Source of the DNA: Laetmonice hystrix
Taxonomy: Eukaryota
Direction: 5' to 3'
DNA length: 64,000 nucleotides
Assembly: GCA_965235115.1 (NCBI GenBank)
Contig: OZ249436.1
Span: 49,850,001-49,914,000 of the forward strand
The notes below the pieces were generated by a model that did not search any database, was not told the origin of the DNA, and saw only the letters and a list, made by a program, of their open reading frames with translations. Position numbers and translations under genes: made by a program. Within the stretch, counting starts at the first letter, position 1; each line of letters opens with the position of its first letter. This document shows positions 12,443 through 26,034 of this stretch, in pieces.

Positions 12443-15202
12443 TGCCCCATACCAATTAGGGCTCGCATGTCTCTGGTTCATTCACTGGCCGCGGGACGGC
12501 TAGCCATACAATGTCCCAGATATAATATCCTTGCGTTGAAGATCGGAAATAAAGTAAAATGTTGCTGACATGGGGGAAAACGAAAAAAAACCCCGGAAAA
12601 TCGTAACTGTATGCGAGAAATCCTTTGATTGCAATTGGTTATTAAAGGTCAAAGGTAAAAAGGCATTGCGACATTTTGATGGACTGTGGAGAAGGTGATT
12701 TGACCTTTTGTCAGAACCTTTTAGAAGCTGTTAACTGGCTCATGGACGTCCTTTTCACCACTAGACGACTCTAGGCACTGCTCTGTGCCATTTTCTAAGT
12801 TCTAACAGATTGTATAATATAGAAGTTATTTCGAGAATAGCATCTTTTCAGCTAAGTGTCAAGGAAAAATACTTTATAGCCACCATAATGGTTATGTCTC
12901 TTATCCTTGGAAAAAGTAAACTGGTTCACATTGAAATCTATTATCACCGGTAAGACTTCTAGGCCTCTAAGCCTTTATACTGAAATGAGACCTAAAAAGA
13001 GGCTTTAGAATATGGCATACACACGCATTTATGTTAAACACGTTGTGAAACGCAGCCCCGAAGCCTCCCCTGAATATACCATTTTAGGTTTTTCACAGAA
13101 TTTATTTTGAGCCCTTTGATTAACGCACAATTACAATGCAGATTTTAGAATGCGCCTATTCAACTGGGCGTCGAATTTATACGTGACAAAGACTAACCGT
13201 CATGACCAGGGCAGGGCTGTCTCCTCAAGTTTATCAACTTTTATTATGGAACAACTCCTGCCCCTGAGACAGATCTAGCCATTAACAACGATTGCTGTGG
13301 AGAGATTGCCCTCATTACCCATCAGTACCTCTCGTCCTGACTTAAAACTCGGACAAACATAAACGGTATGGCCAAATACAACTAAGTATCCTTTCATTTC
13401 TGCTCATCAAATAGATTCTCCCCCCCCCCCCAAAAAAAAAGAAGAAGGAGAAAAAGATGAAGCTGGCGGTTCCCCCTGACTATATGCACGCCAATTACTG
13501 TATATTTGAGGAGATTTTATTCTGGAAGACGACCTAAATGATCGAGAACTACCGAGGATGAGGAGGGACGTAGGCCAATTATTTGAAACGGTGATGTAAA
13601 GGGCATTATGGCGTGGATTCGTTTTACGCCCTATCAACAATAATGACCGTTAGAAGTGGCAGCAATCGCTGGCCATGCATTTAAATATATAATCTTAAGG
13701 ATTTCAAACATCTCCAGGACAACCTTCCACATTTGGTGTCATTTTAGGAAATATACGACAAGATTTGAATGTTGCACCTGTTTCAGCCTTGGGTTTACAT
13801 CGCCGTTTTGGGGGCCATTGCAGCTTGCCACCCGACCGGCAAGGGTACGTCAAGAAGAGAGAGAAAGCTCTGTCTGGTCTCCTTGGTAACGCTGTCTGGA
13901 AGTCTGGACCACACAAACTCCTTGGTGACTATCTTAATTGGTCTCACAGCATGGTCCCATTCATTTTCTATGTAGGCAAGGGGCTACACGTGCCCACTGA
14001 CCCATCACGTAGGCCCCCTATAACATCCCTAAAATGTCCAAAATGAATGGCATCCTGCAGTACGCCGGTTTTAATCGCCATAACATTTAAATTGCGGTCA
14101 GGGGAAGGTACATACGTCAACAAGAAGTCCCTAAAGTCCTTTAACGTCGTATTTAGGTTTAAAAAAAGGGTCTAGAGTCTTTAGAGAGTTTAGAGTCTAA
14201 CAGCGTTTTCAAGGGTAGGCGAATTCCTATGCCAATAGATCTACGTCGTAGATGTACGTTTAGATTGTCAGACAAGTGGTCGAATGAAGAACCCGGCTGA
14301 CCATGCAGTACATGATTCGCTCATACTGCCCGATCTAACAATGACGGATATGGTCCCTATCCAGAGGAGCAGGGGCAAACCGTAGATCTGTGAAAGCTGT
14401 GCGGGTCTATACTGCTGCCAAGGGAAGCTGAACTCGATCGGACGAGAGCCAATCCGTCAAGCTCTGTATGTGAGATGACCCTCCCAGTCGCACACCCTCC
14501 CCCACACCCCTCTAGGTTAATGCCAGATGCCGGATGATATATGGGCCCTTCCGTTGCCGGTTCGACGCGGCATCCATACAGCCAGCCGGTAGCTGAACCT
14601 CTCCATCCGACTTCATATACAATACTGGATTGGATGAGATTCGCGGGCGGACACCCGCTGCCTAACGGTATTGCTCGTACCTCCATACCATCAGGCTGAG
14701 TCCCTAGCGGCAACAATACGTGGGAGCACATCATTGTTCACTGTGGTCGTCCCAAACCCTCATTGCTTTCGCTTGACGTAAATGACAGCCATCGGCACAG
14801 CGAAGTTGAGGGAGCTGTCGATAATTACGGTACAAACTGACGGAGGGGTTAGCCCGGGCAGTATAGGCATTAGAGAAAATGTTATCATCGGCAGTTGCTT
14901 CTCTACTCGTCCAGCACAATGACGGAGGAAGAACACTTTGCAATCGCTTCCCCAATTAGTGTCATAATACCACAACGTCCAGACACGTAACGACGTCTAG
15001 TACCTCAACCACTTCGATGATGCATCGCGAGATTCTAAAGGGGATTCCTGCCATTGTTTCTCCATGCGATGTTTGGAATATCTACAAGTTGATATAGACC
15101 CTCTATCGGGCCTTCCTTTCTAGACCTTTATTTTCTACATTTTAAATACATGTAGATTGTTTTCATGTCGTGTTTTTTTCGGCGTCGACATTATAAAGGT
15201 AT

Positions 15203-15360
15203 TAACCAAAGTGGACTGTGGACCACTTACCCTGCTAGCATTTCGGCCTAGTATACCTGGCACACCCAGTGATTTTGATATAACCAAAGTGGACTGTGGA
15301 CCTCTTACCCTGCTAGCATTTCGGCCTAGTATACCTGGCACACCCAGTGATCTTGATATA
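15203..15360. repeat. 78-bp tandem duplication (2 copies)
   Basis: TAACCAAAGTGGACTGTGGACC...CACCCAGTGAT starts at 15203 and again at 15281. Confidence 0.95.
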
Positions 15361-15733
15361 CGTATATACCTGGAACTGTTGAAAGGTGAAGCCCTGACGA
15401 TCCCGATGTTGGTAGCAGTTCTATATATCAAGATCAAAGACCGATGTCTACATCTGATCATCACATCCTGGCCTTTACTCATCCGCTGGCACCTAATTGG
15501 TGGGTGCTCGACTTGTCTAACCTTACACCGAGGTGTGTTAGTGCTGGCCTGCTCAGAGCGGTGGACGATGGATTTATAACCTTTGGGTTACAGAGATCAC
15601 TCGGCCTTGTTAGAAACTTGAAGGAGTCTATCGTATCCGCTGACGAGCTCTGTGGTCTTTGCCGTCAGTGTATATTTGTATGTTATGATGGCAAGGCGGA
15701 CATGTGTTCCGGCTAGATACGTCCGAACGGCTA

Positions 15734-15984
15734 TACCGGACACATCTAGCTGATATTTGCGGATATATCCAGATTACCGGACACATTTAGCTGACATTTG
15801 CAGACATGTCCAGTTACCGGACACATTTAGCTGACATTTGCGGACATGTCCGGATTACCGGACACATTTAGCTGACATTTGCGGACATGTCCAGATTACC
15901 GGACACATTTAGCTGACATTTGCGGACATGTCCGGATTACCGGACACATTTAGCTGACATTTGTGGACATATCCGCGGATTACC
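15734..15984. repeat. 41-bp minisatellite, ~6 copies
   Basis: Unit CCGGACACATTTAGCTGACATTTGCGGACATGTCCGGATTA. Confidence 0.95.
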
Positions 15985-18303
15985 CTGTAGATTGCGCCTA
16001 TATAAAACTGACCACCAGATGGCAGCATCCATCACAGATACAACCAATACCTGCGATGTGGATATTGACGCTTTTTGGTGTCACCTTCGTCTATAAGACG
16101 TTGGCATGAGTCGTTGTTGCCTGGATGTAGGCCTATACAAGTTTCTTTGATTTTCACTAAACCAAATGTTAAGAATCAAGACCAAATGCATTTTAAAAGT
16201 ATGCCTAAATGTTTACCTACAACGTGCACTACCTTAAAGAGACTAGAAAAGTTCCTCACTGACGTACCTTTGAACACCAGCAACACCATGTGAAGTGTGT
16301 AAGGTCGCACCGATAAGTGGAACAAAAACTTCTAAAAATACCGTTCGGGTCATGCGCCGTCACTGGCTTCATCGGACACTCACTCACTCACTACGACTGC
16401 ACTACTGACTGGGTACTCTTACCGGTAACAGCAGACACCTTTTTCTCTCTCTTGACACCCTTATTTGGGCATGTTAACAAATACAGAGTTTGTGTGAGGC
16501 TATCGTTCGCAACCCTCTCTGAAATCGTCGATGAATCTGTTGCCATCTTGCTTCGAATTGGTTTAGCGGTGACGTCATGGGCATGTTTCTGGTAAAAGTG
16601 GAATCGCGGCGGTACTTGAATAGCGGCACTCTGGCGGCCACATAACAATTCGTGGACAAGTAGGGCAGACAAGCAGACGAAGCCAGCGGGAGGATGTCTA
16701 GCTACATTTCAGTTGATTATTCCTTTATTAAAGATCAGACCATGACAGGATTGTAGGTAGGAACAAGCTTGTTCATGCATGCTATCCTTATATTGATAGT
16801 TTAAACTTTTCTACAACCTTTAAGATTTGTGATTTCGCTGAGATATAGTTTAATATAGTGATCAACCCCTGTGCTGTGTCTGTCACACCTGTTCTGTGGT
16901 ACCCGACCAACAGGGTGTGTATATAAAGCAATTACTAACACTGTGCAACTGTCTAGGAAAGGCGAGACTCGGGTTTCCACGTTCGGTCGTCGTCTGGAAA
17001 CAGGGTGAAACTCGAAGATCCGTGGACAACTCTTCTAAAGGGTTCTATAAATAGAACCCGTACCCCGTCAGTGTGCTCAATCTGCGGCAAGGTTAAAAAA
17101 CAGTTGATTCTCAATGGGCTATCGTGTGTCTCCAGACGCCAGATACGAACGTTAGGACTTGGACCCTGAAGAGTCAGACCAATCCCTGATTTTTGTTAGT
17201 TGTTCGATGTTAAACGATGTTAACTTTCCAAATATTCCAGTTTTTTTCGTCTAGTTTCAGCGATGTATTAAATGGATATTCCATCATCATTCCATTATAA
17301 TAATTGTCAGTAAAACATCAAGCGGTATAGCTGTAACCGGCATCCAAATGTCAGTGTTTTATTTCTTTCTTTCTTTCCTTCTTTATTTTATATTTTGTAT
17401 CTACTTTTTTACTGAACGATTTGAAATAATATTCATCACTTTTTTGAGATTCAATGTTTAGTCTCTACATTGGTGACATAGATAAAGAAGATAATCATTA
17501 TATGGGCTTGAATTAGTCATTGCCGAGGGCCGTCTTTAGTACAATCTTTGTCATCTCAAAACTCACTTAAGTAGGTGTCAAAATGACCAAAAAAAACCAT
17601 TATTATTCATTAATACGATACGAAGAAAATTATTTTATAGGTGTTTACATGTACTTGTCACTTTAATGCCAACATGCATACAAATCATACAACCATTCTG
17701 AATGAATGCAAAGTTATGGGTGATTACAAGTCTAGCTTTGTATAAGTCTGAAAATATTTGGCTAGAATTTCGTTTGAACCAAGCATGTCCCAAAGATTTC
17801 TTAAGAAAGAACGGAATAGTGGTGACATACGAAAGGGCGTACTGTCTTGGACGGGCGACCGGTCGGGCCGACAAAGGCATTAGTTGCCTTCCCCGGCAGT
17901 GCCCTGTACAGCCGTGATTCCTGACCAAGACAAAGGCACGGACACTGCTAATCCAGCCTTTGAAACACAGCGGAGCTCGGCGTTGGGAGTGGGCTTTCGT
18001 GTTTGGGTTTCAAAGGTACAGATGACCTCTATCATCTGGTCAGAAGAAGCAGAACTCCGTGTGTCGGAGATGAGACAGGCGCACGGGACATGATAAGCGG
18101 CCTTTGCCTTTAACATTACATAATTATGAGGTGTGACATTCGGATTCAAGGCAAGAAAAGGCGCTTGCAGACAAGGGCGTCAATTGTCAGAGTGCAGAGT
18201 CATTACCAGCCACCGTACATTTCCTACGTCAAAAGATGTTAGATCTTTCTAATCGTCAAGCATTGATTCTTCCTGTCAGAGTTCACCTCAGAGGCAGATT
18301 TAA

Positions 18304-18744
18304 AGGTAGGGTAAACACCCACGGCAAATAAGGTTTCATAGACCAAATGAAAAACCAGCATTTAACTCAGGGCAATAAATGCCAAAATTACGTTGTCTGA
18401 ATGAAGTAATTAACGTGTAACCGCCCGATGATTGACGCCGCTGGTTCTGACCTTGACCTTCTTGTGTGTTCACCAGAGCCGAATGCTGCACACCGCGGCG
18501 TATTGCATAACATTACGTGTTACTCTGCTCACAGACCTTGTCTACACGATGTTTGGAGTCCCAACGTTTGTAAACTTCCGAGGTGTTGAACACACAAGCA
18601 GAACCAGTTGCGTCACACATCGGGCAGTTACACGTTAATTACTTCATTCAGACAATGTAATTGTGTCATTTATTGCCCTGAGGTAAATGCTGGTGTTTCA
18701 TTTGGTCTACGAAACCTTATTTGCCGTGGGTGTTTACCCTGCCT
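18304..18744. mobile_element. MITE with ~127-bp imperfect TIRs, TTAA TSD, AGG termini, Kolobok-like
   Basis: TTAA(18300-03)-AGGTAGGGTAAACACCCACGGCAAATAAGGTTTC ... GAAACCTTATTTGCCGTGGGTGTTTACCCTGCCT-TTAA(18745-48). Confidence 0.88.
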
Positions 18745-20035
18745 TTAAGGGTTTCTAATGTATTCCCGTCTTCAAGGTGAAAGTATTGGTTTGAATCGGC
18801 TGTGATGGATTTATTGTCTACCCTGATTGCCAGGCCTAAATGACAATACCATCACATGTAGTTCGGATCTGTCGATGTTTTATCGGTGTTCTTATTTAAT
18901 CAGCGCTCCTACCTTAAGTAATCTTTGAAAACATATTGCTCCTTTATGAGAAATGTGATGTCCAAATTCATCCATGCATATCGGGGTTTCCCGCACGGAG
19001 TGTACTTTTTACGGTCTTCATTGCATGACTAAAACTATTCTGATAAAAAAAACTAATTAAGATTTCTCACTTATTTATTTTAGTGCATTCAATCTTACCA
19101 CTGCGAATTTCTCTCCACCGGCCTTAGACGATTTCTACAAATTGTCCGGGCTCATATTAAGACACGAACCGTATCGATGTCAAACAGATTTAGTTGCGTT
19201 CGTTTCAATGTCCCCTGTGTGGCTGTCCGCGTTTCAATAGTTCCTTGCTGCCAGCCTTTGTGTCTTCGAGTATTGAAACCTCAAGATGATTCAATATCAC
19301 AGAAAATGAAGACGGCTCAAAGCAAATAAAAATGATTGAATAAGTAGGATAGAACAGATGACAGATGGCATAGCGATTTAGATGGGAAGCCACACGAGAG
19401 GAGATGCTGATATCACGTTTATAGATAAACTTATCCAAGAGAACGTTTTTCGATTTCTACAGTTTGCATTATACACAAGATAAATGGTATACCACACACA
19501 TTGATATGCTACGGGATCGGTTGATTGAAAAAAGGCATTATACTGCATGCCACGAGGCATTCTAATTGGGACGAGGGAGAGAGAGATTGCAGTTATTCTC
19601 AGTCAGACACCACTCTCCATTTCGTTAATTTGCCGATTATCGACGGATTTCGTGCGACTGCACTTGGTGATGTGATGATCGATGACTCGCGTGCGACAGG
19701 TCAGACGCGATCCCAGTCGATCGCCGACTGAGCGCCGACTGAGGCGAGCGATGGTTGGAGATTATAGATGGAAATATCCGTCCATCTCGAACATGGTCTG
19801 ATTATATTCTCAGAGGAGATACTCAGTTACTGCGACGTTTCCAAATCCTATAAGAATACGGAAGACGAACAGCAGTACGAAGTTCAGCAAGAGGACATAT
19901 TTCAGCCATATTATGTCCTCTTCCCGGAGGAAACATAAAATCGCTGGCGTGCAAGAATTGCTTTTGACCCACTTCTTAGAAATAGAGCTGATAAAAAGAT
20001 AAACAGACTGATGTATACAATGTAGCTAAAGCCCA

Positions 20036-20208
20036 CTCTCTCTCTCTATCTCTCTCCCTGTCTCTCTCTGTCTCTGTCTGTCTCTCTCTGTCTCTCTCTG
20101 TCTGTCTCTCTCTGTCTGTCTCTGTCTGTCTCTCTCTGTCTGTCTCTCTCTCTGTCTCTCTCTGTCTCTGTCTCTCTCTCTCTCTCTGTCTCTCTCTGTC
20201 TCTCTCTG

Positions 20209-20250
<42 letters not shown>
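20036..20250. repeat. Compound (CT)n/(CTGT)n microsatellite
   Basis: Pyrimidine-rich dinucleotide/tetranucleotide run; explains the RE/RQ-rich ORFs. Confidence 0.98.
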
Positions 20251-20252
<2 letters not shown>

Positions 20253-23200
20253 TGAACCAATCAGAATGTAGGTTGTCGTTTGTGAGATTCTCCCTGAGTT
20301 GTTCATCAAAGCTGTAAAGGTTACCCTATGGTATGACTTACTAAGCATGGGGTGAAATCTTTGCGCTAACCTGAGTTTAGGCAACAATGAAAGACATGGA
20401 CAAGGATTAGCTGCTAACCCAGTGTAATCCCCTGTGAATACGGCCAGGTAATTCTGGTACTGACCGGCCGTGCAATCAATGCCAGTCCGGGGATTTGGCC
20501 GTACGTGATCGGCCACAGAAGAAAAGGATACGAGTGCATTCCAACAGTTCTTCATTCCCAGCCAGGATTAGGACAAGGCCTATGGTGGGGTCAGACTTGT
20601 TGGACAAGTATGTAGTTAGGGAATGTGTTTCTCCCAAGATAGTCAAAGAAAGTGAATCTATTATTCATTGTGACCGCCACAGAGGGTGTTGGTCCATTAC
20701 ACATCATTACACAGGTGATTCATTGCATTATTAGAAAATTCACTTTCAATACATTCTGGCTCATAAATGGTGATAGATCATCATATTTAGTCGTTAGCGT
20801 CTGCGTGTCGTCCGACCTGCGTTCCTTCACGGTCTCAAAGAATTACGTACAAACAACGCCCACTCAGAGGACACAATGAGCTAGGGACTACGTCATATAG
20901 ATGGCTTCATCAAGTTTTACCGACCCTTTGGGAGTTCAGCAGAGGCGGCGTCTCCTAATCCATCACGGGTTTTCTTTATCGTTCACCATCCCATATTATG
21001 TGAGCCTGTAGGGGCCCGGGTCACCCAGCCCCCCCCCCCCCCAACCGCTTGTTTCTGTAACAGCGGTCCGTGATATTTATAGAGGTCCACCAACAGAAGG
21101 AACCTGGCTGACTGCTGTATGAATTATCTGTTATTAATTCGCCGAACGTGACCTTAAGGATCATGGATTGCACGGGTTTGTGTCCGTTAACGATGGGTTG
21201 GATTATCTTCAGGGATTAACACATCAATGTGTAATACGTGTAGGATTAAAGAAGGGCAAAAGCCAACATGGTCTCCCTATACTGTCCGATTTACGCGCCA
21301 AAAATGGGATGACCGTAATTGAGACGATATAGCGTTGACTTTTCTCTGAAGGCCATGGCAGGCATATACTTATACTAGCAGAGAGGGAATATAAAGACAG
21401 CACTCTCAGCTACCTGCAAACAATGTGTATGTAAAAAAGTAAAACTATATGTGTGCTTATTTAGAAAGAAATCCTATTCTTAGATTAAAGGGCATACTTA
21501 GGCTGCCATACCAGACACTGTTCTAGTTCCTAGGTGGCCCAAACTGCGTCGCTGTTTCATCTATGATAATCAGATGAATAGTTAGTTCGAATGATAGTCA
21601 TAAAGAACTGTGCTTCACCACATTAGTGTCAGAAAAACGTTGCTTTGATTGAAACGTATGTTGTTTGGGCTGTCCCGAGGGCGGATCGCATGCCGCCGAC
21701 GGAGGCTCAAGTAGTCATCCCGTGGGCTGATAAAGCCAAGCGATGATTCGTGAGAGACATCGTCACGTGAGCTCCTGTCACCGGAAAAACCCTGGGAGAG
21801 GGTCATAATACTGCACGTATTTCACACTGACCTCTTCCTAACCCCGGGTCACCGTTACGGCTCAAGTCAGGCAATGGCTGTGACGTCACGCGTAAGAAAA
21901 GAACTAATTATCGCTCGGATGTGATGAGGCCGAGTCCCTCGCGATATGGAAGGGAAGTACCTACGCCCGGGCTATTCGGCTACAGGCTGCCTTGTGCCAC
22001 CGCTACCATCAGTCTCCAGAGACCAGCTGGTTCACAGGAAGTTACCAAAACGCGCCAGAAGTTCGTATGCGCATGCGGGAAAGCAAAGCTAGTCGCGTCA
22101 CTGGTTATAACTATACATGATCCCAATATGAAATTGTTTGAAATCTAATTTCGTATCGACGGGGGCACGCTTTGGGGACCAGGTCCGTCGCTTATCTTGT
22201 TTTGTCATGAGCTTATTGGAGACAGTTCTCCACAAGACATGTTTGTCTTTGCCATTTTCTGCTTTCTGAGTCGACAGTTGTCTCTGATGGTTTGATTCTG
22301 CACGCATGGGTTGGTCCAGACGCCAAAGGGTTGCAGTGTTATCAAGCCTGATGATGATTTAATAATAATGATAAGATTATGATAATGATTAACTTGATAA
22401 CGTCAAAATGTAAGGTAAACCCATGTAGGGCCAATGTACAGATTGCTGACCATGGTTTTAATCGTTTTTGAACTTTTAGTTTCCATATTATTACTACATC
22501 AAGTATTTCGAAAACAAGTCAACGCGAATATATTCAACATTTATTATTATTTAAATGTCGTGGTGCTCATGAGATTGAATCTCAGTAAAATGTATTTACC
22601 AAATCTTTCCCGTGAGCACTGGCTACTTTCCTGTTCTATTCCCGGCGGAGATGGCAGCCAGCAGGTTTCCATGTGACCGGGGTGGTTGACATATTGCAGG
22701 GCACGTGGACATGGCGAAGGCGGCAAAGAGCTGATAGAATTAGCGCTGAGACCCGACGGGACAGCCAGGGGGCTGGCCAACATATAATTAATTATTGGTC
22801 TATCCCGCCCCAGCTGACAACTACATCCCGGCCCAATAACCACGTCAGATCCCGGGAACAGAAAATCAATTCTAACACCATTGGCAATAGGAGCAATTTT
22901 GAAGAAGGCCGGGCTAGTTTGGCACATGCGCAGGGCCGTTTGAAGGATGGTACTTGTGGGCCTTACTCCAAACAAAAGGAGGATCAAAGAGAGAAACACG
23001 TTGACAGGTGTGCTACCCTGGAGGTAACAGGGTTGGCGTTCTCATCCTCTGACTGACCGTCGCCATGTAATATTCATAGTCACGACCGCGTTACAGGCTT
23101 AAATACCACCAGACTAGCTCCTGTGTCTCCTCTATTTACTATAGTTAACCCTTGTAAGGCTTGCATACATATTTCTTCCTACATTTAGCATCTCGCAACA

Positions 23201-23589
23201 GATGTGTTATAGATTGTGAGTTCTCGCTACATAATAGTTTGTGGTTGTTTCAAGCAGTTGCTACTGCAATTTGCAGTGACCAAAACTTAAGGTCCCAAAG
23301 TGCGTATTTTGCCGTGTTAACAAGCTAAATTTGGTTCCTGCTAGAGGCAGATGCGAGGCGTTTAACGCAGGTCCCTATATATACAGGAGGGATGACTGAC
23401 CGGAAGACTGCGCGTTAAAGGAGCGCATGCGCCAGTGCTCCACCCAGCCTATCTACAGTTGCTGCCCAGTAAATTAAAAGTGGCATGCCGCAGCTGCTGC
23501 CATCCCACGTGATTCCGCCCTCCTCGCTCCGAGAGTAGATCAATGACAAGGTTCCCAAAAAGAGGGTAGCGATGGCTCGTTTCGAACTC

Positions 23590-23850
23590 GAACAAACCAC
23601 AACCCTTTAAGTCATCCATAGCCTATACAGCAGCTTAGCTCGTTCTATCCACCAGTGCACTCGGACTAGCATGACCATATGAGTCATGTCGCGTTCTATT
23701 AAGTGGCTACCCTCCTCTACTTGTCTTTGATTGAAATCGTTGGCTGATGTCAGAGGATTCTTATCATAATACGCATCAGTAGACGCTTGCTTCATCAGGT
23801 GAAAAAACTTCAAACAGAACAGACACGCCCCTCTGATGAGCAACGTTTGA
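23590..23850 (-). mobile_element. Degenerate BEL/Pao LTR-retrotransposon pol remnant (RNaseH-integrase junction)
   Basis: LLIRGACLFCLKFFHLMK resembles LLRVTAxxLRFIxxLK; NPLTS resembles GPLT; LVRVHWWIERAK resembles LRxxFWIxxxR before the integrase CxxC. Motif order is as expected, but spacing is shortened. Confidence 0.4.
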
Positions 23851-25836
23851 ACCTCGCACTTGACGACATTCCTTCGCTCGCCAGCCTCTGCTTGGTCAAT
23901 CATTTTAGATCTCTCCAAGATAACAGTTCGTTTGAGTGCACACAGCCAGGAGTGCAATTTTACAAAATATTATAATTTCTACTACATGTATTTGAAGACA
24001 CCATAACATCCATTTAATTGAAGTATCCAAATTATTGCAAGTTGTTATGTGTGTAGGAATACACTTCATTATTTACAAAATTAAGAGATTAATAATTAGC
24101 ATAGCGTACCCGTTGACAAACAACACCCCCTTCTCCTAACACGTACCCCTAACACAATGACAAAGGGCCTTAAAACTTCTGTCTTGACGTAACCCCGTTG
24201 TGGAGGCTGGATATTGGAAATGCCCCCACCCATCCAGAAATAGGGGTATATACCGTAATGATATAAACAGGACTAAAGAGGACGGTGGTTTTCGTGATCT
24301 GTGAACGAGGAAGGAAAAGATGACAGTACATATGACATTGTCTGAATATGCTGTCATCGTGCTGTTGTCATCAGTATATCTCTACATACAAAGAAAATGT
24401 TTTTATAGGATTTCTTCTTTGGGATAAAGGCCAAGCAATAAGCTTTAGTTTTTTTGTTCTTTCATATATGTTGGTAAGGTTACGCAGTTTGTTCTTATTT
24501 TCTTCGATGCATGCATAAACGAATGGCCAATAGTTGGCGTTGTAAAATAAAACTTCATTGTTTTATTGAAGAAATAAAAAAACTCCCCCACATACATGCC
24601 CGAGAACAGCAGTTCACTGCCCACCACAAAACTAAGATGAAACAGCTGGGGGAGGGGGGGCTTGACACGTGGAGTTTGAGGGTATGACGGGGGGGCGGGG
24701 ACAAGAAAAACGCTATTGTTTGCCTAATTTGGAACTCTTGAGGCCCAAAACATCCAACTTGTCAAATCAGCAGTGTAACATCAATTATTTGTGCAGCTGG
24801 ATAAAAAAAGATTTATTTACATGCATCATTAAACGATGCCATCCCACCTGGGGGATCACCGAGAAATGATCCATCCATTTGATTAATTTCGATTGCTGTT
24901 TTATGTCTGCATGACTTCTCCCTGGAGTTTTCTCCTGTGACACCAATGCCCCTGTAAGAGGGGGTTCTTTATTCACAATGACGTCATGTGAATTCAGTTG
25001 TATCACGCCTTCTCCCTTATCCATACTAAACCTTCGTATAGACACTGTGTATCCATGTTCATATCCCCGTTTAATAATCTAACATCCAGAAGCACTGAAC
25101 CAGAGACAACCTACAGGTTCTGCTCCTTTTCCCATTAGTTTATGCTAAACTAATGTGCGCCTATCTCTGAACGCATCAGAGGCCATCCATCCCACCCCAA
25201 CCCCAACCCCCTTCTTCCCCAGCTGCTATTAATAACCCTTTTGTTTTATACACAATCTATGAGCAGGGGATTTCATATCTGCTACGGGTCAGGGAAGCTG
25301 GCGCTGAGGTCATAGTTCGAACCTGGGGAAGGCGCAGCGGGAGCGCCCCCTGTAGAACCCTGCAGCAGTAGAAGGCCGACGCGTTAAATTACTTTGCTCT
25401 CCCCACCACGACTATAGCATACCCCATGGATCACCCGCGCGGATCAAGCGTAGTCCCCTGGACTACCCGTCCCCTGGACTACCCGCCCCTGGACTACCCG
25501 TCCCCACTGCCCTCTTTCAGGAACGTATACCTCAACACATAACGACACAAACACATAGTGGACACCAAGAGACTGGCGCCATCGTGACGCCCTGTCGCTG
25601 AGACATAACCAATCGATAAGTCCGTATTGGGGTTGTTTAGAATCTGACCGTCTGGGATGCGATATAATATGTTCAAGTTGCCGTAGCTGGTCGGCAGACG
25701 GGGGACATTTTAATTTACCGGCGGGTGCCCGGTCAGCTTACCTCGAGAGCCGACAGCAGCAGCAGGAGATCGAACCGTAACTCGAGATCATGCTTCGAGA
25801 CCCCTCGGGATATAATCACCCCGAACGTATGTTCTA

Positions 25837-26034
25837 CAGGTGGCGCGACCGGGGGGTAGAGGGGGTATTTACCCCCCCCCCCCAAAAAAAACAAACTTTG
25901 GTTGATGGTGCCCTTTTCTGGTTGATGGTGCCCATTTTATAAGGAAAGACGGGCATCACTACGATTGGGCATTGACCTCTAGGTGCCCTAATGGAATGTT
26001 ACCCCCCAACCGCAAACAGGTCGCGCCGGTCCTG
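25837..26034. mobile_element. Decayed hAT-like MITE
   Basis: Termini CAGGTGGCGCGACC ... GGTCGCGCCGGTCCTG, internal G/C runs and a duplicated TGGTTGATGGTGCCC. TSD not preserved. Confidence 0.4.

Noticed and set aside
14357..14975. ORFs containing ADD and VWDDH reminiscent of LINE RT
   Set aside because: Motif spacing is far too short and other RT motifs are absent.
19976..20555. RE/RQ-rich ORFs and a possible LINE endonuclease echo (ILGETH, VFTGDY)
   Set aside because: Length comes from the CT microsatellite; the endonuclease-like motifs are too weak to call.
25300..25790. B-box-like GTTCGA motifs suggesting a tRNA or SINE
   Set aside because: No A-box at suitable spacing and no cloverleaf.
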